A stretch of DNA of 64,000 nucleotides from a virus (lineage: Duplodnaviria > Caudoviricetes): positions 1 to 64,000 of IMG/VR virus record IMGVR_UViG_3300046011_007348. One strand, 5' to 3'. The position numbers and the translations under genes were made by a program. The notes beneath the pieces are model-generated. The model saw only the letters and a program-made list of their open reading frames with translations, made no database searches and was not told where the DNA came from. Positions 55,189-64,000 of this stretch are shown here, piece after piece (within the stretch, counting starts at the first letter, position 1; every line of letters begins with the position of its first letter).

Positions 55189-58100
55189 CTATCTTTTAAG
55201 TATTCCACCCTGTCTTTGTTGACGTTGTATTTCTACTATTACTGCTGTTTTAATAGCACTCTGCATCGCATTTGGATCTATGGACGGTGATTTGTCACCA
55301 TCTTGACTTTCAATCGTTATAGGCACATTTACAGTTGTATTTGTTGTTGGTTGATTAATATTTCCTAGTCCAGGAGATGGGGGAATAACTCCACCACTTG
55401 CAAAGTTCATTATGTTTCTTACTTTTAATTCGCTATTGCTTACGTTGCCTCCCATGGCATAGTTCATTACGGATTCAATATTGTTGTTTTTAATTGCTTT
55501 ATCTAATCCCATCGACTGGAACTTAGCATTGTCAGCAACACTCAACACTCTTTCTCCTGGCGTTAATACTGCTACTACTGGTGTTATTCCTCCATTTGCA
55601 GCTTTCTCTCTGACAATTGCTTCATTTAATGATTGAATTATGCCTCCACCAGCATAGTTCTTGATTACTCCTCCTTTGTATTGGCTGGATACTTCGCCTC
55701 CATCGTTGGCACTTGGGACTTCGCCGCCGCTATTTCCTCCAAATATTCCTCCAATTGATTTGAATAATGAATCAAGAATCCCTCCTGCTCCTACTAATGA
55801 TTGCATTAATGATTTGATAGCTATGTTGATAAGTCCGTTTAGCATGTTTTTAGCTAGGTTGTTTAAGACATCGTCTAGTTTTTGGACACCCATTATTACG
55901 TCTGTAAGCCCAGCTGATAAATCATTGATCAAAGAATCTCTAACCATTTGACGGATTGTCGAAACTACATCCTTAGCTGCGTTTTTAGACTCTTCTAGTT
56001 TTGCTTTGTATTTTTCTTCAATCTCCTTAGTTCTTTCTTCATATTCCTTGTCATCTATATCCCCCCCCTCTTTTTCTTTCTTTGCTTTATCTAGTTCGTC
56101 TTGTTTCTCTTTTTTTAAACGCTCTTCATCCATCCTCCGTTGTTCTGCATTTATTTGAAACTGATTGCCACCTTTGTCTCTATATATATTTAATCTTGTT
56201 TGAGCCGTTTCTTGTTTCATGGCAATGACAGTTTGCTTAATATCTTTTGTTAAATCTGTCATTAACTTGGTTTGCATTTCTTGGTTTTTCCGTACAAGAT
56301 CTGTTCTTTGTTCCTCATTCAACAAAACGCTTGCATTAATTTGAGCCTCACGCAAAGCAGTTGCTTTCTCGATTTCATACCGTCTTGATGCAAATTCACT
56401 TTTAGAAAAATTATAGTCAACAGAGTTCATTAAATCTCTTCTTTCAAACCTCCTGTCTACTTCTGTTTTAGTTTCGTTAGCTTTATCAATTTCAAGCTGA
56501 GATTGGTTTTGTATTCTTTTTATTCTAGTAATTTCTCTATATTTTTCTATTCTTGCCTCTGCGTCTACTGAGGTTAATAGTCCTTTTGCTACTAACTCCT
56601 TTGTGTTTAATTCATATTGTGATAAAGCATCTTCAATTTGAAGTTTTCTCTCTTCAAATTGCAACTCTGGCACTGAACGGATATTTAATAACTGCATTTG
56701 GTTAAATGGCATAAGTCCTTCAGCGAAAGAATTTTGTATTTGCGAATCTTGTGTTACAGGGAAATAAGTATTGCCTTCCAATTTGTATTCATCCATACCA
56801 CCAAATCCAAATTTGCTTCTAGGCTTCATTAGTTCCGTTAAATTATTAAATCTTGGTTCATTGGGGTTTGCTGTTGGCTTTTTCAGCTCTTCAATTAACC
56901 GTAAACCCTTCAATTCATCTACTAATTTAGCATTCTCCTTAATACTTTGATTAAACTTTGGTATATCTGAATGCAATTTATCAACATCTATGTTATATTG
57001 CTTAATGTCTGAGTCAGTCATCTGGATTGCTTTAGGATATATTTCCTGTAGCCTTAAGACTTCTTTGTCCAATCTTTGTCCTTCCGTCTTTTGCTTTTGA
57101 AAGATTTCTTCTAGGTATCCCTTTTGTTGTTCTGGTGTCGTAAAATCAATTGTCCCTACTCGTTTGATACTAAACTTTGGATCTACTTGTTCTTGGAATT
57201 TTATTTTCCCCCCAGAATACTCTCCTATCTCTCTACCCTTTTGACTTATATCTAATTCAGCTTGTCTTAAAACATTATCCGAATCTCTTATTTTAGATCT
57301 ATTCTCATACTCTCTTCTAAGCCTAGACATTGCTTTAGTTAATTTAATCCTTTCTTCAATTTCTTTCTTTTGAACGTCTATCGACTTCAAGGTAGTATCT
57401 AAAGTTGCTATATCCACTTTGAATCGAGAGGCTAATCGTTGTTCGTCTTTGTTAAGGCGATCTAGATATTTCTCTCTTTGTTTTACATCTGTGATTTGCT
57501 CAAGCCCTTTCCTGAGTGGGTTAAACAAAGCTAACGTATCAGTTAGTTTACCATCGGTTCCTTTTACAAAGGATTGTCTAAGAGAATTTAATCTCTCTTG
57601 GATATCTTGTCTTGTATCATTTAACTTATTAAGAGTGTCGGTTAACTTTATGCTTTCGGGTGTTAGTGGATCGGGTAATTTATCAGGAGAATATTCGTTA
57701 AGTATGTCAGAAAACGATCTTACTAAACTATTAGTGGAATCCCTAGACTCTCTGATTGTTTTTTTAGTATTTTTAAAGAAATTATCAAGATTACGAATAA
57801 CTGATGCTTCGTTTTGTTTTCTTAAAGCTTCAGCACGCTTTTTGTTTGCTTCATCTTGTTGTTTAAGAATCTCTTCCCTTTGTTTTTGAGAATCTGCGAT
57901 AGCACCAGTGTTTACGCCAGCAGATGGAGAAGTAGAGCCAGTATTAGCAGCGCCAGTATTGGCAGTCTCAGGATTATAGCTTCTAGCTCTCTGGAAAGTT
58001 TTCATGCTATCGCTATCTCCTACAAATCGCCAGTGCCATGGTTCATAATCTATACCTTGACGATTATTCTGAGGAAAAGATAATTCAAAGCCAAAACGAG

Positions 58101-61100
58101 CAGCGTTAGATTGTAACCATGAAAATGCTTTTGTTTTTTCAAATGTGGAATTGAGATTAGTTCCTGGTGCTGCTTTATCACCAATATCGACAGCATATCC
58201 TGTATGATGCTCACTATAACCCGGAGGAGCGCTAACTTTTGCTCTTTGTTCTGGAGTTTGATTGCGTTGGGCAGCTACTCCAAAAAACAATTGTCGTTGC
58301 TGTTGAATGGAACGAAAACCAGAAATAGGAACTAGAACTACACCTTCCTCTTTAGCTCTTCGTGCCATGTATTCAAATTTTTCAGCAGCAATTTGCCGTA
58401 GTTTAATTTTCCCGTCAGTTGTGATAGGACTTAGCTCTTTCAGAGGTGCTTCGTTATAAGCTAAATGCCCATACTTGCTTTCATTGTTACTTGATGTGGT
58501 GTTTGACGCACTCCCTGCTCTAGCAGAAGCTGATGGCACAACAGCAGATATTGGCGTTTGCCCAGTTATAAAAGGTGTAGGATCTATTGCCCGTCCATTA
58601 ACCCTTATCTCAAAATGCAAATGAGGGCCGGTGCCTACTCCTGTATTGCCTAATTTTCCTATTTGTTGTCCAGCTTGAACAACGTCCCCAACCCGAACCA
58701 ACATTTCAGATAAGTGTGCATATCGCGTTTCAAGTTTTTTATTGTCTGGTGTTGTATGTTCTATGTAAATTACCTTTCCATAGGCACCCTGAGTTTTAGC
58801 AATTTTTACTATGCCAGGTAAGCTAGAAACAATAGGTTCCCCAATTTGTCCAGCAAAATCCCTTCCTGCATGCCTTCTACCAGGACGAGGATCTCCAAAG
58901 TGCCCCCCGGGTACAGTCCTTCCTCTGTTTGGGTGCGGATGCACAAAACTACTAACGCTAGATGGTGGGTTTTGTGATGCACCGAAAAAACTAAATAAAG
59001 AAGAAAACACGCCTTGAACACCGTTAGAGTTAGATGAATTACTAGATGTCGAAGAGTTGTTAGTAGGAGTTGATGGAGCCGGTGTTGCATTAGAATAAGG
59101 ATCTATTTTTATGCCCGCAGATCTCTCTAATAAATCAACAGTTTGTTGCAAGCTAACATTCATATTAGAAACAGATTCATTAGCTTTTACCATATTTTCA
59201 TTTAATTTTTCGGTGTTTTTATTAGCCTCCCCCGACTCTTTAACAGTTTGTTGAGTCTGTTGAGTTACTTTTGCCGCTGATGCTCTAACTGCATTTATTA
59301 AAGCCTCTAGTTCTTTGCTTGATTGTGTAAAAGCTTGTTTCATATCAGACTCAATATCTTCTGTGACTCCAATAATGTCTTTACCAGAAGGCAATGTCCT
59401 TATAAGTTCTCTTGCTTCTATTTGGCTATCTTTAATTCTATTTTTAAAATCTAAGCTAGTTCTTTCAGTATCTATTTGACTTAAAGCGGTTTGGTTTAAT
59501 TGTTCTATGATAGATACCAACCCATCTATATATCTAGTAAATTCAGTGTCTCCTAATCCGGTTAACGCTTCATTAATTTTGGTTTTAAAGTTAGCGTTTT
59601 GTATTTCTTGGTTAGCTTTTTTAATCTCTAATCGCCCTTGATCTATCTCTTTAGTAACAGAACGAACGTAATCATCTACCTGTTTTTGTTGTTGTCTTAA
59701 AGACTCTTTTAAATCATATCTGCTTTTAGCTAATGAACTGCGAGCGGTAGCAAGGCTCGTGGCATCATCTTGAGTTTGTTTTCTTAATTCAGTTATTTTA
59801 TCTTTAGCTTCAGTATTAAGATTGCTATCAGGTATTGTACTGAGTAAATCCAAAGCTGCCTTTCTCATTGTGAATAAACGAGACAACCCAGACACTCTTT
59901 GTTCTTGTGATATTATCCCAGATCTCCGTGTTGCATAATCAACATCCCCAGGATTAGCACCGGAGCTATATATCCTTTCCTCTCTAAGTGCAGTAGATCT
60001 ATCAATGTTTGCAGAAAACCTGTCGTAAGCAGCTTGAAATCTATTTAATGCAGATAAAGTATCTTTGTAAACTTGTTCTAAAGGATTAACAGGGACACTT
60101 TTTTCAATGATTTGCTTTGCTTCCTGTGCAAAATCTTTCATCTCTTTAGCTATTTGCAGATAAGCACCTCTCACGGGTGCTGGAACAGTTTTTGCCGCAT
60201 CCTCTAGTTTTTTCGCTTCTTCCAGTAAAACATTAGCCGAATTAGCGTTGGCTTCTACATCCTTAGCCAACTCTTTTCTTAATGCAAGTCTCTGAACTAT
60301 TTGTTTAGATAAATCCGCAGCCCTCTTTTTTGACTCTGGGGTATTTTGTTGAGTTGCTTTTGATTTTTCAACAGATAAACCTAATACTTCTATGTCAATT
60401 TGTTTTAATCTATCAGCAACGTCTTTTACCCTAGCTTTATATTTGTTTTGAGTTTCCTTGGTTAACCCTAAGTTACCAAATTCTTTTTTGCTACTTTGTA
60501 AAACAGAATCAAAGTAATCTAAATTATCAATTACCTGTTTAACTCCAAGTGTAATATCGTAATCAGTATCAGATACAAGTCCTTTTATATCATATTTTTT
60601 AAGAATTGCTTTTTGTTTAGGAGAGATTTTATCAGTTGCATATTCTCCCCCGAATCCAGTATTAATATTTTTATCAAGGCCACGCCTCCTGTTTTCCCCT
60701 TCTCTCTGCGCTACAATCTCTTCGTATTTGTTGTACTCCATTAACCCCAAACTGTTTTTATCTATTTCACCTCTTAATGCTTTATTTACATTTTTGACAA
60801 AATCGTCTGTAGTATATCCTTCTTCTTTCATCCCAAAAACATAAAAAATATCAAGCTGAAGCCCTTTTGAGGGAATAGAATCAGCAACGTTTTTATATCC
60901 TTTAGCCAACTCCTTGCTGCTTTTTTGGTTAACTTTAGAAGCTTCATCAACTTTTGCTAATGAATTACTAATACTTCCCAAAGCTCCATTAACAGATCTA
61001 GCCATTTCGCTAATGCTTTTCTGCATGGGGTTAGAAAAATCACTTCTAGCTAAAAACATAAAGGCTAGTGCTATACCAGCTTCTATCCCAATTTTTGCTA

Positions 61101-64000
61101 AGCTTTTTAATGATTTCATTAAACCTGCAAGCATTTGAGACAAAGCTTGTCCCCATGCTGCTCTAGCGCTACTTGCAAGCATTCCATCGGAGCTAAATAA
61201 AAGAGTAAATGCTTTTATAATTCCAACAGATGTAATTGTTTTCCCCAGTGAAGTAAGTGATGCTCCAATTGCGTTTAAGCCTCCAACAACACCTTGAGTC
61301 CATGCAAAATTTAGAGCAGCTTTTAGCCCTTTAAAACCATTTCCTACAAGTTGGAATAATCCAACAAAAGAAGCCCCAATTCCTTGCCAAAATCCAGCCT
61401 TAAAGCCAGCTGTTATATTTGCCATAAAACCTGCAAACGCTGCTTTTGTTGCGCTAATTCCATCTATAAAACCACCAAATATTGCAGATGCCCCGATTGT
61501 GGCTGGAAGCTGCTTAAAAAATCCAGTAAAAGAAGCCCATAGCCCTTTCATCTGAGTAGCTATTGTTGTTTTGGCAGAATAAAAAGCATATGCTATTTCA
61601 TCTTGTAATCTAGTTCCTATGGGTGAACGTTGTTTAGACTCGACTTGAGCAGATAAGTCAAAAGTGTTTGTGAATAAAGACTGTATTCCTTTTGGAGAAA
61701 TTGCTTCATTTTTCATCCCTACTAAAGACACTCTTATCCCATTAAGTCCCTGTAATAACCCCTTAAACATTGGCATCCCAAAATGTTTTGTAAGGGTAAT
61801 TAATTGCTCAAACATTAAAACTAAAGCAAGCAGTTCAATTACACCAGAAGGAATAACTTTAGTTATATTGCCGATTCCATCAATAAAAGACTTAAAGGGG
61901 TTTTCACTTGGCTTTCCTACAATAGTATCAAACAACCCTTTCCCAGTAATTTTTCGTTTTACACTATCCAAACTACTTAAAAACCATAGAATTCCATTAC
62001 TTACGCCTTCATACATGTTTTGCATTAATGTCTTCTGAGCGCCTAAAAAATCATCTAAAACATCAGCTAAAATGCCTAAGAAAAATGGCCCTAACGCACC
62101 CATAAGCGCGGCAATACCCGCCGTTAACAAACCAGATATATTCATTAAAAAAGTTTTTACTGGGTTCATTTTTAATAAGAAAACTAACCCAACTCCAAGA
62201 GTGGCAGTTACACCAATAACAAAGGAGCTAAAAATTTTGATTATATCGTCTAGGATTGCATTTATTGCGGACGCTATGTTTGAAAAGATATCAACTACAA
62301 ACGAAAATAATCCACCAAAAGCATTGACTAATTTAATAGACATTTCCATCCCAATGTTTTGCAATCTAGTTAGTGAGATAGAAAACCCTTCAGCTCCTTT
62401 TGCCGCCCCGCTATAGTCTATTTTTAATTGTTTTGCAACTTTGGGTAATACTTCTTCTGCTAGCAAACTACCTGCTGAGGACATTTCTATTAATTGGGGT
62501 ATAGAAATGTCTAGTGCCTTTGCAAATATACCCATAGCGGGAGGGAATCTTTCACCCAGCTGCTGTCTTAATTCTTCCATGGAAATTTTGCCCTTGGACA
62601 GCATTTGAGTATAAGCCATAAATACTAACTCAGCGTCTTGCCCAGATATTCCTAGCGCGCCTAGTGATGCACTAATACCTTCAAATAAATCCCTAGCGCC
62701 TTCACCTTCTAATTTTGTTCCTCTAGCTGCAATAGCAATTTGGCTGTAAGCCTGAGTAGCTGCTTTAGCTGGAACGTTTAAGGCTTTGGCTGTGTTCATT
62801 GCATAATTAAGCTCTGCTTTCCCGCCTTCTTTTGAGCCACCCAAAAAGTTTAATCGCCTTTGTAATGGCTCTAACTCCAGCATGGCCTTAACAAGAGACT
62901 GTATTTGATTTCTAACCATAAATACAGCCCCACCAATAGCTCCAAATAACGGAAGCAAAGGTGTTACCAATGGTAATAAAGTTGTGGCAAAAGTTGTGAT
63001 AGGAGCAAATACACTAGCGGCAGAAACAATAAATGAAAGCATATTCTTTTGAATATCCTCCCTTTCGTCTGGCGCAAAGTTTTTCATTTTATCTCGCTTG
63101 AATTGAGCGCCAATTGCATTCCAGAAATCTTTAAAAACGTTTTTAGGTACGACTATACCTCTTTTCCATTGAGTAACTATCTGATCCCAAATTTCTTTTG
63201 GGTTTTCAGCTCCTAATGCTTTTCTAACTTCTCTTTTAACGTCAGAACCAACATTTTTCCAGTTGGCAACAGCTTCATTAAACCCTTTAATTATGGCTTT
63301 ACCAATATTTAACCCTTCCTGAGTAAATGCTTTGTGAAAAGCAGATATACCCAAAAGCAGAGCTGTTATTGCCATTTTTACCTGAGCTGTGTCTATTTTT
63401 ATCCCCATAGTTGCGGCAACGTTTTGAAGCCCACTCGTCTTAAATAACTGTTGGGCTGTACGTGCTGTCATATTAACAGCGCCTTCAACATTCCCAGACG
63501 CATAAGCATTGGCTATCCTAACAGCTCTACCACCCAATCCATTGGTAGCAGAAAGCATTCCAGAATCAACAATTTTATTTATTAAAAAGTCTCTAATACT
63601 GTTAACAATCTTGCTATTTTTTTCTAAAATCCCTCTCAATAAATTACTATTCCCAGGGTTTTTAATAGTAAAACTATCAAACAGTGTTCTTAAAACTTGT
63701 CTAGCTAAGTCTTTAGCACCTGTTCCTTCTATACCAATAGAACTTATGTTTGTTTTAATTTGATTTTGAAGAGTTTGGGTTAAATTTTCCCTAGGGACAT
63801 TTTCCCCAAGTGCTGGTAATTTATCGCCATACACAGAACTAGCAAAACCAGCTACTTTTCGTCCAGCTTGCGCTAAAAAGGGTATGCTAGACAACGTTTT
63901 AAAAAATGGGTTTTCGCTACCTATAAACAATCTAAATAGCTTGCTTATTCCAAAAGCTTGTCCCCCTTTATCTCCCATTTTATCTTCCCTGCCTAAATCA
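55189..64000 (-). CDS. Tape measure protein (5'-truncated) with M23 and M15B/VanY peptidase domains
   Basis: MLSKGKISMEELRQQLGERFP tape-measure motif; HAGRD/YAHL/HLHFE; SGFRS, SEHHTGYAVD, EPWHW; lambda H-like end IQRQQRQGGIL; frame open to window end. Confidence 0.92.
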   Translation of the reverse strand, partial: DLGREDKMGDKGGQAFGISKLFRLFIGSENPFFKTLSSIPFLAQAGRKVAGFASSVYGDKLPALGENVPRENLTQTLQNQIKTNISSIGIEGTGAKDLARQVLRTLFDSFTIKNPGNSNLLRGILEKNSKIVNSIRDFLINKIVDSGMLSATNGLGGRAVRIANAYASGNVEGAVNMTARTAQQLFKTSGLQNVAATMGIKIDTAQVKMAITALLLGISAFHKAFTQEGLNIGKAIIKGFNEAVANWKNVGSDVKREVRKALGAENPKEIWDQIVTQWKRGIVVPKNVFKDFWNAIGAQFKRDKMKNFAPDEREDIQKNMLSFIVSAASVFAPITTFATTLLPLVTPLLPLFGAIGGAVFMVRNQIQSLVKAMLELEPLQRRLNFLGGSKEGGKAELNYAMNTAKALNVPAKAATQAYSQIAIAARGTKLEGEGARDLFEGISASLGALGISGQDAELVFMAYTQMLSKGKISMEELRQQLGERFPPAMGIFAKALDISIPQLIEMSSAGSLLAEEVLPKVAKQLKIDYSGAAKGAEGFSISLTRLQNIGMEMSIKLVNAFGGLFSFVVDIFSNIASAINAILDDIIKIFSSFVIGVTATLGVGLVFLLKMNPVKTFLMNISGLLTAGIAALMGALGPFFLGILADVLDDFLGAQKTLMQNMYEGVSNGILWFLSSLDSVKRKITGKGLFDTIVGKPSENPFKSFIDGIGNITKVIPSGVIELLALVLMFEQLITLTKHFGMPMFKGLLQGLNGIRVSLVGMKNEAISPKGIQSLFTNTFDLSAQVESKQRSPIGTRLQDEIAYAFYSAKTTIATQMKGLWASFTGFFKQLPATIGASAIFGGFIDGISATKAAFAGFMANITAGFKAGFWQGIGASFVGLFQLVGNGFKGLKAALNFAWTQGVVGGLNAIGASLTSLGKTITSVGIIKAFTLLFSSDGMLASSARAAWGQALSQMLAGLMKSLKSLAKIGIEAGIALAFMFLARSDFSNPMQKSISEMARSVNGALGSISNSLAKVDEASKVNQKSSKELAKGYKNVADSIPSKGLQLDIFYVFGMKEEGYTTDDFVKNVNKALRGEIDKNSLGLMEYNKYEEIVAQREGENRRRGLDKNINTGFGGEYATDKISPKQKAILKKYDIKGLVSDTDYDITLGVKQVIDNLDYFDSVLQSSKKEFGNLGLTKETQNKYKARVKDVADRLKQIDIEVLGLSVEKSKATQQNTPESKKRAADLSKQIVQRLALRKELAKDVEANANSANVLLEEAKKLEDAAKTVPAPVRGAYLQIAKEMKDFAQEAKQIIEKSVPVNPLEQVYKDTLSALNRFQAAYDRFSANIDRSTALREERIYSSGANPGDVDYATRRSGIISQEQRVSGLSRLFTMRKAALDLLSTIPDSNLNTEAKDKITELRKQTQDDATSLATARSSLAKSRYDLKESLRQQQKQVDDYVRSVTKEIDQGRLEIKKANQEIQNANFKTKINEALTGLGDTEFTRYIDGLVSIIEQLNQTALSQIDTERTSLDFKNRIKDSQIEARELIRTLPSGKDIIGVTEDIESDMKQAFTQSSKELEALINAVRASAAKVTQQTQQTVKESGEANKNTEKLNENMVKANESVSNMNVSLQQTVDLLERSAGIKIDPYSNATPAPSTPTNNSSTSSNSSNSNGVQGVFSSLFSFFGASQNPPSSVSSFVHPHPNRGRTVPGGHFGDPRPGRRHAGRDFAGQIGEPIVSSLPGIVKIAKTQGAYGKVIYIEHTTPDNKKLETRYAHLSEMLVRVGDVVQAGQQIGKLGNTGVGTGPHLHFEIRVNGRAIDPTPFITGQTPISAVVPSASARAGSASNTTSSNNESKYGHLAYNEAPLKELSPITTDGKIKLRQIAAEKFEYMARRAKEEGVVLVPISGFRSIQQQRQLFFGVAAQRNQTPEQRAKVSAPPGYSEHHTGYAVDIGDKAAPGTNLNSTFEKTKAFSWLQSNAARFGFELSFPQNNRQGIDYEPWHWRFVGDSDSMKTFQRARSYNPETANTGAANTGSTSPSAGVNTGAIADSQKQREEILKQQDEANKKRAEALRKQNEASVIRNLDNFFKNTKKTIRESRDSTNSLVRSFSDILNEYSPDKLPDPLTPESIKLTDTLNKLNDTRQDIQERLNSLRQSFVKGTDGKLTDTLALFNPLRKGLEQITDVKQREKYLDRLNKDEQRLASRFKVDIATLDTTLKSIDVQKKEIEERIKLTKAMSRLRREYENRSKIRDSDNVLRQAELDISQKGREIGEYSGGKIKFQEQVDPKFSIKRVGTIDFTTPEQQKGYLEEIFQKQKTEGQRLDKEVLRLQEIYPKAIQMTDSDIKQYNIDVDKLHSDIPKFNQSIKENAKLVDELKGLRLIEELKKPTANPNEPRFNNLTELMKPRSKFGFGGMDEYKLEGNTYFPVTQDSQIQNSFAEGLMPFNQMQLLNIRSVPELQFEERKLQIEDALSQYELNTKELVAKGLLTSVDAEARIEKYREITRIKRIQNQSQLEIDKANETKTEVDRRFERRDLMNSVDYNFSKSEFASRRYEIEKATALREAQINASVLLNEEQRTDLVRKNQEMQTKLMTDLTKDIKQTVIAMKQETAQTRLNIYRDKGGNQFQINAEQRRMDEERLKKEKQDELDKAKKEKEGGDIDDKEYEERTKEIEEKYKAKLEESKNAAKDVVSTIRQMVRDSLINDLSAGLTDVIMGVQKLDDVLNNLAKNMLNGLINIAIKSLMQSLVGAGGILDSLFKSIGGIFGGNSGGEVPSANDGGEVSSQYKGGVIKNYAGGGIIQSLNEAIVREKAANGGITPVVAVLTPGERVLSVADNAKFQSMGLDKAIKNNNIESVMNYAMGGNVSNSELKVRNIMNFASGGVIPPSPGLGNINQPTTNTTVNVPITIESQDGDKSPSIDPNAMQSAIKTAVIVEIQRQQRQGGILKR

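Noticed and set aside
55661-63763. Plus-strand ORFs inside the tape measure gene, and similar antisense ORFs in nrdJ, fibre and FtsK genes
   Set aside because: Shadow ORFs of long coding strands with no RBS or recognisable motifs

Overview
AT-rich 64-kb segment of a large siphovirus-type cyanophage, possibly a phage-plasmid. The host is inferred to be a cyanobacterium from cyanobacterial-type dnaN, dcd, nrdJ and an IS1-like domain. No tRNA, rRNA, CRISPR array or integrase is visible. Contents in order: a 5'-truncated class II ribonucleotide reductase with three inteins; early and replication genes (DEDD exonuclease, initiator, DnaB, ERF, DnaN); head genes interrupted by a 10-kb inverted tail-fibre block; a phage sigma factor fused to an IS1 InsA-like domain; three tail-tube paralogues; a G/GT chaperone frameshift; endolysin and HNH; an SF2 helicase; a rearranged lambda-like tail tip (K, M, J, I, M2, L); dcd; a holin candidate; and a 5'-truncated tape measure protein with M23 and VanY peptidase domains. 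The most striking region is 48951-53830, a self-contained operon of DNA-binding proteins, small membrane proteins and a membrane-anchored FtsK/TraB-like translocase. It is bracketed by two inverted arrays of one 8-mer (TAnTTCYG) at an exact 11-bp period and contains a likely SD-stimulated -1 frameshift. This resembles the Streptomyces TraB/Spd/clt DNA-spreading system and is hypothesised to move phage DNA between cells of a cyanobacterial filament. A candidate ~140-nt sRNA (31093-31233) with a seed complementary to replication-gene leaders and a candidate late-promoter motif (TGGCAACT) were also found. All functional calls come from reading motifs by eye; no database search was run.
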